From Octopus vulgaris (taxonomy: Eukaryota): a stretch of 64,000 nt of DNA. Each line of letters begins with the position of its first letter. The first letter of the stretch is position 1. Made by a program: the position numbers and the translations under genes. The notes below the pieces were generated by a model. It worked only from the letters and a program-made list of their open reading frames with translations. It made no database searches and was not told the origin of the DNA. Below, piece by piece: positions 27,970-42,529 of the stretch. Location: contig OX597823.1 of NCBI GenBank assembly GCA_951406725.2, positions 114,514,001 through 114,578,000 of the forward strand. The letters run 5' to 3'.

Positions 27970-28895
27970 CATCTGTATGCATGTATTCTGCATAGTCTTG
28001 AGCTTGCATGTCCGTGTTTGTGTGTTCTTTTATGTAGGTATGTGCGTGCGTGTGTTTGTATATATATGCACCTCTGTATCCTTGTGTGAAGTAAAGTGTG
28101 TGTGTGTGCGTATGGTAATGTGTTTCAGTCTCCATTTGCATATGTGTGCTTGTCTGTTCATATAACCTATGTACCTATCCGTCTGCATGTTGGTCTGTTT
28201 ATTTTCATATCCATATGCTTGCATACATGTGCATATGCACATACATACATACATACACCCACAAACACACACATACATCTACCTACATAACAGCCCACTA
28301 ACTATTCTACTCTACCTGTGTAAACTGTGGATATGGGGCTATGATATCTATTATGTATATTTCCTATTTAGTATTGGGGAAGTTTCATTTCTAAGGACGT
28401 ACTCTTGTATTTGTGTGAGTGTTGGGTATTTTGGATGCTTGGATAAGATGCGGATGTCAAGTTGACCCAGGTTGCCTCCATGTTGGTCTTTGGCATGTTG
28501 GTAGAATATGGAGGACTGATTTTTGTCGTTGTCGTCATATTGTCTGTTCATTTAGTCGATATGAAAATAAACAGATCAACATGCACACGGATAGGTAGAT
28601 AGGCTATATGAACAGACGAGCACACATACGCAAATGGAGACTGAAACACATGACCATATATACACACACACTTTACTTCACACAAGGACACATATGGAGA
28701 CACGTCCACACATACAAAGATGGTACATAGTTGCAAAACATATATACACACACTCACGCACAGACATGCATACACAAGGAGACAGAGGTACATACATATA
28801 CAAATACAGGCACACACATGCATAAATAACACACAAACACGGACACGCAAGCACATGAATATGCAGAATACATACATACAGATGCACACACATAC
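27960..28895. repeat. Long diverged inverted repeat (arms about 27960-28212 and 28559-28895)
   Basis: Left gtgtttcagtctccatttgcatatgtgtgcttgtctgttcatataacc..tgtttattttcat matches the reverse complement of the right arm gtgtttcagtctccatttgcgtatgtgtgctcgtctgttcatatagcc..tgtttattttcat. Confidence 0.92.
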
Positions 28896-29249
28896 ATACA
28901 TATATACATATGCATACACACACATATATAAATACATACTTATCGGTATATTGGATCTATACTATTGTTCACCATATTAATGAACCCTAACATTGACTAT
29001 TCAGAGGAATAGGATAAAAACTGTATCCATTCTTCAAAACTCCTTATTCATGCGCATGATTTATGTTAAGCGATCTGCCTAGAACGAAACAAATCGCTAT
29101 TTGTTGGTCTCACTAATTCTTTATTCCATACATACGCATACACACACGCATACGAACTAGTACATAGGCACATACACATATACACGCATATGTATACGTG
29201 TGCTTGCTCTTAAATACACATACATAAATAGAAACGTGCATATGAAGAC

Positions 29250-29280
<31 letters not shown>

Positions 29281-29315
29281 GAAACAGAAAGATAGACAAG
29301 CACAGATAGATAGAT

Positions 29316-29355
<40 letters not shown>

Positions 29356-29814
29356 GTGCGGAATGTGGTATGTGCATGGATTTGTGTGTATGTGTATGCG
29401 TGTTTTTGTATTTGTGTATGTGATATATAATACCATATGTGTGATTACTTTCTGTGAGATTAGCCGTTTATATATTACGATAAGCGGCTTAAACGTGGAT
29501 GTAGATTTACAGCTTTCTAAGTGGATACCATGTTGAAAAACAAACATAGCAAAGTATTGATACTTTATATCTACACATATGTTACTGAGATTTCTCTCAG
29601 CTCCAATGTAACTGAAGTACTTTGCAATTACCAGGTGTTACATTATCCGGCAGTGTTACCCAGTATACTTCCTATAGGACGGGAGGAGGTATTTGAAATT
29701 CACTGCCATATTTATTTAGCTTCATGCTATGAGCCCCGCCATTTTATATGTATATTCCTACCACGATATCTATATACACATCGGTCTCTTTCTCTATCTA
29801 CTTGGCTATCTTTA

Positions 29815-29866
<52 letters not shown>

Positions 29867-29878
29867 CATACATATATA

Positions 29879-29912
<34 letters not shown>

Positions 29913-29997
29913 CATACATATACATACATACATACATACATATGTATATATATACATACATTCATACATACATATATACATATATATATATATGTAT

Positions 29998-30038
<41 letters not shown>

Positions 30039-30252
30039 AAGACAGATAGAGAGACAAAGAAGACAGATACTTACGTAAGTATATATACGTGTACGTATAG
30101 ATGTCTATATATGTGTGTGTGTGTATGGATATATATGCATGTATGTATTTATATATAAATATATATAATATATATAAATTCATATAGTAAGAGACAGACA
30201 GATACATAAGTATATATATGTATACATATAGATATATATGTGTGTGTGTACA

Positions 30253-30297
<45 letters not shown>

Positions 30298-30848
30298 GTG
30301 TGTGTGTATGAATGTTTATATATATATATATATGTATATATGTATATGTATGTATGTATAGTTATAACTGGTATTCCTTCTAAACTTTCATCCTGATTGC
30401 TTGTATACAAATGACAGCTGTTCAATAAAACAAGACACGATAGATTCCTCCATCTTGACAATTCATTAACCAACAGTGCAGTAGGGGGTACTTTAGTAAT
30501 GTTAGACTGGAAACAATACTATATATAAGTCTTTTTATAATGGAAAATTTGCTAAGAATTGCTTGTGTATCTACAGGACTGGCTGTGAGTTGGCGTTATG
30601 TATGAGTTCGTCTGCTTGTTTCCTCGAGCAGATTGCAATTAGAACGCTATGTGCAGTCAAACAGATTGTGTTCTGCGCTGTTCCATAATTAAAGTATTGT
30701 GTGGGATTAAGTACATTATCGGTGAGCGTAAATCTGTATAAATACATACATATACATACACGTGCATGTGTGTGTGTATATGAATGTATGTATGTATACA
30801 CACACATATATTTATACATATCTACACATACATATTTATACATACATA

Positions 30849-31167
30849 CTAGCAAAATGACCGCCCTCTGGGCGGTTTTCTCCTGGATAGTTGATAATAT
30901 TTTCACATTTGATTCCTAATTTTAATAATTTTTATGATATTTTACGTCTAATCATTTCTTTGTATGTATAATAGCGCTCACTTGCTTAGTAAATATTGCT
31001 TTCATTATTTTATCACAGTCATAATCTCTCTTTTTTAAACAAACTTCAAGGTAGTCCAACTACGGAGGAGGTAGCAATTTGTCAAATTTTACCTTCCCCT
31101 CACAGCAACATAGAGATTTCAATACAGCAGTCCATCTGTAAGATTTCAGGGAGTGTGTGTGTGACAC

Positions 31168-31214
<47 letters not shown>

Positions 31215-31560
31215 AGAGAAAACATTGCAAACACAATTAATGAAACAAGCATGAAGTAAAATAATCGCATAAATAGAAGGGCATAACTACAGAGGTATAC
31301 GCCCCCGATTTTGTTGCTTCATAACTTCCAGAAAAATAGATACTTTTTAACAAAAGTTTCTACAAATACCATTTCAGAATATGTATAACTCCTCTCTCCA
31401 ACCCGATGGGTTTCGGAAATCTCACACGATCCCAATATTTTACCTCATATCTTTTAGGAAATTTTGTATCTCTTAATGAAAGTTTGTACAAATGCCTTTC
31501 AAACGGCGTAAATTACGATTGTAAAGAATAACAGGAACTTCGAAAATGTTATCACTAATA
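30849..31560 (-). mobile_element. Helitron-like element; 3' terminus clear, 5' extent uncertain
   Basis: Perfect hairpin accgccc-tct-gggcggt (30860-30876). On the minus strand it is followed by cattttgCTAG|T. Confidence 0.6.
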
Positions 31561-31691
31561 CTAAAAAAAATTACTGAAATCCAAAGTATGTTACGTGATA
31601 TGGAGCTAAACAGGTCTACGCTTGGATAAAATACATCTCAGTGAAAGAGCAAACTCTTTCCATTCGAAACCTCATAAGCACTTAGTATATG

Positions 31692-31734
<43 letters not shown>

Positions 31735-31739
<5 letters not shown>

Positions 31740-31950
31740 ATCCAAACATGAAAACACAAAGAGAAAAAGAAAAAACACAAGAACGCGAGGACGTGGAACA
31801 AGTATAGTGTTATTGGACGCCCAGGAAGGAAAGAAAGCAGGAGGATTTAACGTTTCGAGTGGAGGTTTTCGTCAGAAACATAGGGAAAGGAAAAGTCCAA
31901 GGAAGGGAAGACGGAGAAAGAAAATCGACAACAATACACACGCGGTACAT
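31735..31950 (-). mobile_element. Penelope-type pLTR family P2
   Basis: Reverse complement of the family at 60225-60425. Contains gtttCTGACGAa..ctcGAAACGTTaaat and abuts (TA)n. Confidence 0.7.
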
Positions 31951-31967
31951 ACATATATTCGGTAATC

Positions 31968-32000
<33 letters not shown>

Positions 32001-32046
32001 ATTTATTGATATATATATATGCATATATACATACATGTGCATACCT

Positions 32047-32077
<31 letters not shown>

Positions 32078-32094
32078 CATGCATATATATGTAT

Positions 32095-32260
32095 ACAGGA
32101 CGTCAAAAACACAAGAACAACATGAAAAGCGAGAACATGAGAAAACAAAAACATGGAAAACGAAAACGAACTTTTTTTTCGAAGAACGAAAAAAACAATT
32201 AGATAATGAGACAGACAACATAAAGAACAATCCCTTCATCAGTTGCCCCCTGTTTTATCT
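32095..32260 (-). repeat. Interspersed repeat beside (TA)n, related to 60590-60690
   Basis: tacaggacgtcaaaaacacaagaacaacatgaaaagcgagaac..acgaaaacgaacttttttt mirrors aaaaaagtccgtttc..tttctcgttgtgttc..gtgtcctgta. Confidence 0.55.
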
Positions 32261-32835
32261 GCTCCGCAGTGGGCTTCTTTCAGTTTTCATCTGCCAGATC
32301 TACTCCCAAGGCTTCAGACGGCCCGATAATATAGTTAAAGACATTTGCCCAAATTGCGTTGCAGAGGGGCATAACCCAGAACAATGCAGTTAGGAAGCAA
32401 GGTTTTTTGCCACAGAAGGTTCACTAGCGCCTAATACATATCTATTAAACATTTGTCATATATATTTCGGTCAAATACATTTTTTTCACAAAGAATTAAG
32501 AGAATGAATTTAAACAGCATGTAAATATAATCCCTCAGAAGTAGGATAAAGTAAATATAACGCCAATAGGGGCAGAATGAAACATGTTGATCCTCGTCAG
32601 GTATCCGTCACAACAAGTCCGTTAAGTAGCTGTCATGCCTCAACAAAGCGAGAATTCCATCCCGTTGCCCAATTATAAAGATTCTGACATCATCATCAGC
32701 AGCAATTGGCCAATCTTAGTTTGATGAATTCTGCCATTTAGTTTACGTGACTGAAAATTCGTTTGTAGTTTTAACATAGACCATTCTCTGTATGTTAGGG
32801 TCCTCTTCTTGGGTTTATGTGAATATGACAAAGTT

Positions 32836-33145
32836 GGGCCCACGGGCATATGGCGTAGTGGTTAAGAGCGCGGGCTACTAATCCCACGATTCCGAGTTCG
32901 TTTCCAGGCAGTGACCTGAATAATAATAATAACAATAATAATAATAACAATAATAATAATAATAATAATAATAATCACATCGAAAAATAGCTTAGGAAGA
33001 GAACCCAGGTTCGAAATTTCCCCGAGACACCTGAAGGCTGGAGGGTAGATCAGCCGAAACGTATTAACAAAAAACAAAGTAAGGACAAATATCTTCAAAT
33101 TTAAATAATGTACATAATTCCTCACCTCTTGAATATAGAACTGTA
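32836..33145 (+). mobile_element. tRNA-headed SINE family D with internal (AAT)n and hammerhead-like tail
   Basis: tggcgtagtggttaagagcg (A box), anticodon-like arm gggctactaatccc, gagttcgtttcc (B box), (AAT)n, then ctgaa-ggctgg-agggtaga-tcagcc-gaaac-gta. Confidence 0.75.
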
Positions 33146-33323
33146 TTAATTGTTAAAACATTACTGTCTTCAATCAATTAAATGCTTTTTAGTTATTGCA
33201 GATCTGCCAAGGCAGACAAAATGCTAACTCAAAATATTAAAAGATATACAGTCAGTTAACATATGTGTGTGTGTATGTGTGTGTGTGTGCGTATGAGTGT
33301 GTGTATGTATGTGCATTTATATA

Positions 33324-33335
<12 letters not shown>

Positions 33336-33354
<19 letters not shown>

Positions 33355-33364
33355 TTATATATAT

Positions 33365-33405
<41 letters not shown>

Positions 33406-33410
33406 CAGAC

Positions 33411-33490
<80 letters not shown>
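33336..33490. repeat. (GATA)n microsatellite
   Basis: Direct observation. Confidence 0.95.
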
Positions 33491-33493
<3 letters not shown>

Positions 33494-33549
33494 TATATAT
33501 ATATATATACAAATATACATACATACGTACATACATGCATGCATATAAG

Positions 33550-33845
33550 CAGGGTGTTTCAAGAGTAAAAGTATTTCAAAAGATCGGGAAAACTACGAAC
33601 CAGATTGTGGCTAGAATATAACAATTTATTGAATGTGGTCACCCTCAGCGTCTACGGCGGCCTCAAGACGGCTTCGGAACCCGTTGCATACACTTCTTTC
33701 CGTGTCCCTGTGAAGATCTTTGAACATATCCTTCATGTTGGCCAAAAGTTCGGCCTTGCAGTTACTTCTCAATCGAGCTCCACACATAATTATCCATGGG
33801 TTTAGAGTCAGGGAGATTAAGAGGCCATACATGGGGGCACAGAAT
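33550..33845 (-). pseudogene. Tc1/mariner transposase C-terminal remnant with terminal repeat
   Basis: WPLNLPDSKPMDNYVWSSIE resembles WPPxSPDLNPLDYxVW. It continues ..RSVCNGFRSRLEAAVDAEGDHIQ*, with TIR-like cagggtgtttc at 33550. Confidence 0.75.
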
Positions 33846-34566
33846 GTCGGGCCTATATGAGATTTTATCTAAGACGAAAACCAACGTAACTTGACTGTCA
33901 ACGCTTTAGTCTTTTGATTTAGTATCAGATATTTTTCATAGTTTGTGTTTGTCCTCAAATTGGGCAGGATCGACGCTCGCACTGTGTTCTCATGCAGGTT
34001 CCTATTAACAATTCACCCCCGAGTTACAGATATCGTGACCTACTTCATGCGTTTGAATTCACCTATTTATATTGACTGTTACACTTTTATTTCGTATAAA
34101 AGTGGGACTTTGATTGGGTGCGCTCCATTTTTAAGAGTGATGTTCTCATTGGGCATTATATTTTATTTTGTACAAGGGAGTGGGACAAGTGAAAAAGTGG
34201 AAAATAAATTGCCTTTCAAGTGATTCATAGCGCTATATTTACACATTTATCGTTTAATATATTGAATATTTTATATTCTTAGTACATTCTTATCTTTTAA
34301 CAAGCTACTTCTGCAGTTTTGTGCTTCATCAGTTTATAGTAACAGAAAGTTCATTCATTACTTATTCATAAAGAGCACATTCATGTTCTACCAGTTAATG
34401 TATTCATTCTAGGAAGGGATTCACATAGAGTGAAAATAAAAGCAGGGGGCTATGCATAATCTGAGGCGCGAGAGAGTGATTGAGACGAGGAAGGAGTGAG
34501 ATAGTAAATATGTAACAATTACCCAATTTCATGTTCTTTTTTCTTCTAACATACATATATAATTAG

Positions 34567-34599
<33 letters not shown>

Positions 34600-34994
34600 T
34601 GTATATGTGTGTGCGTGTGTGAGTGCATGCGTGCGCATGGATCAGGTTATCTGTTTTCCAGAATTCGCAGAGAGAATAATGGTAGGTAGATATGAAGAAT
34701 GTTTTACGCCAAAGAAACAAGATAAACGATGTTGTAGTTACCTGCTCAATCAGAAGTTATTGCACAACCTACCACACTGCTGATAGTGTTGGTAGAAGTG
34801 GCACTGATCTTATTAGCTCAGGTGATAATGCAGGTAAGTAGGAGGTATGTTATGACACCTGATAATGGAGATAAGCAAGGTAGAGCACGATTTAACACGT
34901 GGCACAGATAAGATGGTATCTTGCTACAGACTCTTTACTTTATAGCAGTGTTTAAGATTTCTCTCTATCTTACTTTGCCTTTCAACCACTACAA

Positions 34995-35215
34995 TTCTTC
35001 TTCTTCTTCTTCTTCTTCTTCTTCTTCTTCTTCTTCTTCTTCTTCTTCTTCTTCTTCTTCTTCTTCTTCTTCTTCTTCTTCTTCTTCTTCTTCTTCTTCT
35101 TCTCCTTCTTCTTCTTCTTCTTCTTCTTCTTCTTCTTCTTCTTCTTCTTCTTCTTCTTCTTCTTCTTCTTCTTCTTCTTCTTCTTCTTCTTCTTCTTCTT
35201 CTTCTTCTTCTTCTT

Positions 35216-35270
<55 letters not shown>
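34995..35270. repeat. (TTC)n, about 74 units, followed by (CTA)n
   Basis: Direct observation, with one TCC interruption. Confidence 0.97.
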
Positions 35271-35271
<1 letters not shown>

Positions 35272-36019
35272 GCTGATGCTGATGCTGCTAGAGAACTACT
35301 GCTACATTTTCTTTTTCTCCGTTTCATTTCCTTCTTCTAGACCACACATTTGTAAATCCATTATAATACATTCGTTCATAAGCAATTAGATATAGCGATA
35401 AACGGGTACATAGCTAGATAAAGGCACAAATGTAGACGCATATACACACATACGTACACACGCATATCTACATAAGCAAATATATACATATATATATATA
35501 TATTTGCTTATGTAGATATGTGTATGTATGTATGTATATGCGTCTATATATATATATGTACATATATGCATATGAATAAGAGTGTATATATGTGTGTATC
35601 AATCCATTTTAAGAATTGATTTCTCCCAATGCCTAGCAGCTTTATTTGAAAGCATTCACCCTTCTTTTTCAGTCTTATGGCCTTATCAGTGCGAAGTTTG
35701 CAATTGAGATCTTATATTCTTTTTAAAATATTCCTATCAGCTATGTATTATCATTGTGATAGCTATTCTCAAATAATGCAAGTTAGTTTCTACTGCTGCA
35801 CAGCCTGGCGCACCTCCATATTCATGGGATGGGCGCAGTTTTGTCTGGTTTGCATTGTGGAATTTTCTTTGTTGCATTTTTTCTGACTTAATGTTAGTGT
35901 TGATTCATCGTTTAATTATGTAAAATAGATTATTTTGTCGGGTAAGGGTGGCTGTTTTTCATATTAGCTGCCTGAGTTTGATCATATCTTACTTTACTGG
36001 GTCGTGAATATGTTTTCTG

Positions 36020-36960
36020 TCGGTTCCATTATCTAAGTGCGCTACTAAACTGAATGTATCTTCTGCATGCTGTAAACTCTTCCTATATTTTAGTTTGAAG
36101 AATTCTAAGCTCTCCTTATTCTATGTGTTCTACATTCACATCCCACGTCCTGCATTTTTTTTCTGTTTTTGGGGTCTTGTTATCTTAAGGCTTTCCGACT
36201 TCCTCTCCGGCAATGTTGTGCGATTGTGATACCAATGAAAAGTTCAAATATCCCGGTCATTCTCTTTCCATAGCTATATCTGACAAGTCAGCTCTGAACA
36301 AACGTGTTCCAAATTATTATGACCACACAGTTGCCATGTACCATGTTTTCTATACATGTTTATACCACTTCTTAACAATTTTCACGTTGATATGTCGACA
36401 TATTGTCAAATAGACATACACTTCATTTCACCATTTAGATCTGTTGGAATCCATTGTAAATGTCCAGTCTTGCTTGTTGTTAGTTGTTTTCTCCCTACCT
36501 TTCTATTAGAATTCCATTCGTATTTACGGGTCTTTTAGGTTTGAGCGGCAGTTTTTTTCTAGCGGTGTCATATGAAATTGTCACTGAAAATGCTATTGGT
36601 ATTCTAATTTAAGTGGTACAGTATTCTTGAAAAATAAGACCTCATTTTCAGAAACGTCTAACACTTCATATCTTTATTACTGGATTTTTGTTCTTTTTGA
36701 TAAGTAATGACGAATTTCTTCCTATTGTTATTAATTTATTATGTATATTTTCTTTCCAGTTTTCTTTCGTTAGGATTGACTGAAAAAGCTCTAACTCTAT
36801 AGGGATCAACTCAGATTTCCTTATTAGATATATATATGTTAATTATATTCGATGATTTTATCAATTTTATGTGATCAGTATCAATCTTCTGGGCTTTTTT
36901 TTTTTTGTGGACAGAGGAATTCATTGACCCAATGTCCTCCAATTTGTTTTTATCTCTTCT
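36020..36960 (-). pseudogene. Possible highly decayed LINE ORF1 (Tx1/L1-like) remnant
   Basis: Fragmentary peptides HLQWIPTDLNGE..QYVDI and LKITRP..KKCRTW..EHI loosely resemble an RRM plus zinc knuckle. Many stops. Confidence 0.25.
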
Positions 36961-38695
36961 AAGCTGTTTATGTAATATATTGTTTCCGCTAGTTTCATTA
37001 ACGTTAATTCTCTGTTACTGGGTGTGATGTGTCATTTGGTGTCGCGTATACACAGTAGACGAAGGTGAGAATAAATATTCGCCTTTAGATATCATACGAA
37101 AAAAGAATTCTTGCTAATATACTTTCGAGAATGAATAAGGATATTCCTTTAAAAAATACTTATAAGCTGGCGTGTTGAAGTTGCTTAAAAGAAAGGAAAT
37201 ATTTAACTGCCTGATTAGATTATATGCCATATTAGCTACAACTCAGATTCATTTCGAGAAAAATGGATTCCAACAAGTTTAGAAAATAAATTGATATTTT
37301 TATAAGAAAGAATTACCATAACGATAGAAGTGTCAAGACAGAAATTATAACTGTATCGATGAGAAAATGTGATTATGAGATAAAAATTCTTTTCCTGGTA
37401 TGTTGGTGACAGATCTGAAGCGAAGTAGTTTCCGCTGAGTGGAGACATTGAATCGCGAACTTGGCACCTGATATGCTTATCGCTACTCCCACCGTATTTT
37501 CCCTAACACGGAAATGTGTAAGAAACGATACACAGACAGCTGCAGAAAAATCGAAGGTAATCAAACTAAAAGCTTACGGTTAGATTTTGTTTTTCACAAC
37601 TTCCGACTTCGCAGAGTAAATGGTGTTTTCACGCGAGTCGTATTCTATATTCTAAAGAAAAATCGAAAATATAGCGACCTCAGAAACGGGGTTGTAAAAG
37701 TCATAACTACTTCCTTCCCAGATACTACATGCAAAAATTCCGAAATAATATTCAACAAGTATCTTACAGATACACTTTAGTAATCATTTTAGTACTTAAT
37801 GTTTCTATGCTGTTGTTGCTCTTTTTCATTTCAAGTCACATAAAACAGTAAATGGTAAGCAACGAAAGGTTAGACGCATTTTCGATTCATATCTAAAAGT
37901 AATATTTATATTTTCTAACGCAGATATTGTAAAGAAAATTATTAACAAAACACAACTTCATTCTTCTCTCTTATATATATGCATACATAACTTCATACAC
38001 ATACACACACATGCTCAGTGAATGACGGTTTATTAAACCTCCGGGATAAGTACCGCATACTTTCACACGGATCCTCTCCAACTGTTGTTATTGAGAACAG
38101 TTGTTCTTCTTCATCGATACTGATCTAACAGATAAAAATCACCGATTTTGAAATTGTTAAACAACCTTTGGCATTTCTCACCGAAAGGCTATAAAGTACA
38201 TAACTGTTCCATGCAATGACGAATATACAGCTCGCTAAAGACTTTGTCTACCACATGCTCTGAGATAGAACATATAGAGGCACAGGGCGCATCCTCAATA
38301 ATACTTGGTCATTAAGTCTATGCTAATTGGTTGACTGCAGGGATATATGTTTTCGGCTTGTAATCTATTTGTTGTGTAATGTCAGTCTATTTGCTTAAAT
38401 ATACGACTTTTCTGTTCGCCTGATAACAGATCAAACGTTGGCAGAGACATTATGTATGTGTGTGCGTGGGTGTGCACGCGCGTCTGTCCGTGTGTGTGTG
38501 TGTTATCAACGAAGTACATCTCAGTTCCTATTATTCGAAATATGCTTCACATTGGGGGGCAGTGAATAATTTTAGATTAAAATAATTCGGTGTTCAGACA
38601 TCAGTCATCGAATACTATAAAATACCAAGCAGTACCTTACAGAAAATATGAACCATAATCGATATCAGATACAACGTCATAAATACATGCAGACG

Positions 38696-38777
<82 letters not shown>

Positions 38778-39014
38778 CACGCAAATTACTCTGCAGACGA
38801 GCGGTTCTGCAATTGATATTTTCTTTGATGTTGTACATAGAAATGTATTTTCTATTTTATTTCCCACTAGAGTCTAGTATGAGAACACCGAATTATTATG
38901 AGTGCTAAAAATTATTCCTTGAGCCTTAATATGAATTTTATTTCCATTGATAGGAATTTTGATCTACCCTGTTGAGTAGCTATGAAACATTATATATATG
39001 TGTGTGTGTGTATG

Positions 39015-39045
<31 letters not shown>

Positions 39046-39192
39046 ATAAAAATATATATATATATATATGTGTGTGTATATATGTATATAAGTATATATA
39101 TATGTGTATATATATATATATACACATTTGTATAATATTAATATCCATATGTATGTACATATATACATATATACATGCATACATACATCTGC

Positions 39193-39272
<80 letters not shown>

Positions 39273-40239
39273 ATACATACACACACACATTTGTCTCTTT
39301 CTATCCTTACGCACTTCCAGTGTCTGCGTCACCATGTTCGAACCAACATACATCAGTTAAGCATCCCACTGAGCAATATCCTTCATCATTGACTAGCAGC
39401 GCCATTGCCAACGCACCATTACCGATAGACCATCCTCTTTGCAACAAACAAAAACAACAACAACAGCAACAGCAATAACACAATAAGCGGTTCTATCGAC
39501 TTGATCTCTGTGCTCTATCGAACACGAAGAACATCAATAGAATGTGAAAATGTCGTAATTTTCAACAAGCTAGCAGTTCCAACGCCAGTGTTATCTCAAT
39601 AGAACAGCAAAAGCCAGAACTACATCGTCAAACATAACACAATTACCATCAACCTGCCTTCAGCTTCACCTGTTATTGAGATATCGGAGAGTGAAACTAG
39701 TTACCAACATAACCTAATGACATCTCCTAACAATAGGAACGTTCTAAATATAGGAGCGGGATTCTATTGGGCTGGTAGCAACTAATATATTGCTATGCGT
39801 ATGAATCTATGCTTGTATGCATGTATGTGTGTGTTTCTATATTATATATATATACATATATATATACATATATATATATATACATATATATATTACATAT
39901 ATATATGTATATATATATACGCACATATATGCACATGTTTGTGTGAATGTATATGCTTGTATTTATATATATGCATATTTGCATATACATATATATACAT
40001 ATATATATGTACATGTAAATATATGTATGTGTGTTTGTATATATATATATACAAATACATATCTATACATATATACAGGCACATATATATGTATGCATGT
40101 GTTTATGTATATACATTATATATATATATGTGCATATATATATATATATGTATATATGTATGTTTGTATAGATGTATGTATACTCCAATATATAACCACA
40201 GCGTTAAAAAGATCCATACACATATATACGTATTTACAC

Positions 40240-40302
<63 letters not shown>

Positions 40303-41142
40303 TATGCATAGATGTTTTTGTATATATATATACATCTAGACGAATTAACTCGTGAAAGGATGTACATACATAGCTTACACATGTGTATGCAAATACATAT
40401 GCAGGTGTGTATACACTTGTATATATATGTGTGTGCGTGTATATGTACGTACGTCTGTGTATGTTTGTCTGTATGTATGCATGTATGTACGCATGTATGT
40501 ATATATATGATAATGAAAGAAAAGGCATTTGTGAAGAGCGAAGTTTCAACCCCAGAGACCTTTCAACCGGCGTATGATATACCTGTCAAGAGGTGGGTCA
40601 CAAAAATAAGCCTCTGCAGCCAATAATTAAAGGCAAGTTCTGAAACGGGGATTTCATGACTGTTAGAACAGAAATGATCCCCCGCCCCACTCCACTTACA
40701 CCACACGCTCTCATTCTATGAATGAAATGAAACGGAACATTCTGTCTTATATCAAACGTTGTGATATTGTGTGATGTCTGAAATATCAAACTTCTAATAT
40801 CGTAATAGATACACGAGGTTATGACTCAGCTATCTATTATCTTTTTGATTTTGAGCAATCGATTTTTCCCGATTCCAATACCATTATATTCGTCAGGTAA
40901 TCTACAAGACTTTTCTAAGCCTGTACGTCTCTCGCATCTTTGAAAGACCTCATCCATTCCATCTTGACGCTCCAGCCTCATCTGCCGAGTCTACACAACT
41001 GAATAACTTTCTCTATTGTTCTGCGTCGATTTTCGCTTTTTGCATTTATTTCTCATTTTTTTTTTTCTTTTTGGTCTTTATCCTTTTAATATTTCTTTTT
41101 TCCAATCTTTGTACCATCGTTTTCTTTTCCTATTTTTCCTGG

Positions 41143-41170
41143 ATTATTATTATCATTATTATTGTTGTTG

Positions 41171-41249
<79 letters not shown>

Positions 41250-41299
41250 TATTATTATTATTACTATTATTATTATTATTATTATCATTATTGTTATTA

Positions 41300-41363
<64 letters not shown>

Positions 41364-41426
41364 CTTTATTATTATTATCTTTATCATTATTATTATTGTT
41401 GTTGTTGTTGTTGTTGTTGTTAGTAG
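41143..41426. repeat. (TTA)n/(TTG)n microsatellite
   Basis: Direct observation. Confidence 0.97.
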
Positions 41427-42529
41427 TATTCAGCTTGCGTTTTCCTCAGATTATTTTTATGTCCATTTAGTTAGCAACTTATTATTTTTTCTTCCCTCTA
41501 TGATTTATCGAAATCATTCTTCATCTATCAATCAAATACTTTTTGATGAAATTACTTCTCGTCGAAAAATGAAATGAAATATAATAAAATATGAAGAATA
41601 TATAAACGAATAACTACAATTCATCATTTTTATATTTCTTCTTTTATTAAATGCTTCTTTTTTTTCACTTTCGTCGCGTTATTTTTTATTCTAGTTTTTT
41701 TCTTGTCTCAATTTTTTTTTATTCCTTTGTTCTTTCGACAACTTAATGAAATCTAATATATTTTTTATTATTATTTTCATAGTCTGATTTGCTGGTTCAT
41801 TTAGCAAGTGAATGCGTGATGGTTATTTGTAAAACAAGGAAAAAAACTAATGTCATGTAATATACGCCATTTTATATTAGTGTTTTGACAACATTTCGGA
41901 GATAATTTGGTCACAATGAACATCTAAGCAAACCGTAACAAAAAATACATAAATTGTTCCAAATAAAAGACCATAATGAAGAGGTGGATTATAACAGATA
42001 TTTGACATTAATATACAGTAGAGACAGAGAAAAGTTTGCAGTTATATTTCTGTCTCCTTTATAATATTTTTCTTTGTAGAAAACAAATTTTGAAAAGCAT
42101 CGTTATTTCAGTTAGACAACAATAATTCATTTGAACGAATGTTAAAACTACTCAAACAAATTGCAAACTTTTTTAATATAAATACAGATTTAATTAATTT
42201 GCACGACTGTGCAAGTATCACGTGGAATATCTTGAGATTTGTATATTAAAATAGTCTTTCTCTGTTCTCACCTTCCTCGTGATCAATCATATAGCGTATC
42301 ACAAGTATATTCCTTACTAAGATTCTGAAAATTTCTAATAATTTGTTATTGGAGTCCACAATTAACTATACTATAGAACTTCACACCATTTGAGAGAGAG
42401 AAGAGAATCGATAGGTGGATCATAAGGGAAATATCACGTGGTACTTAGCTAACATTCTTTAAATTCTTTGTTCAAATTCTACAAGGGCCAATTTAGCATT
42501 TCGTATATCGCATTTCCTTTTTCATCATA

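Noticed and set aside
32845-32917. tRNA genes at SINE heads (also 8193 and 62550)
   Set aside because: The cloverleaf is incomplete (acceptor and T stems do not pair fully) and the heads are fused to SINE bodies.
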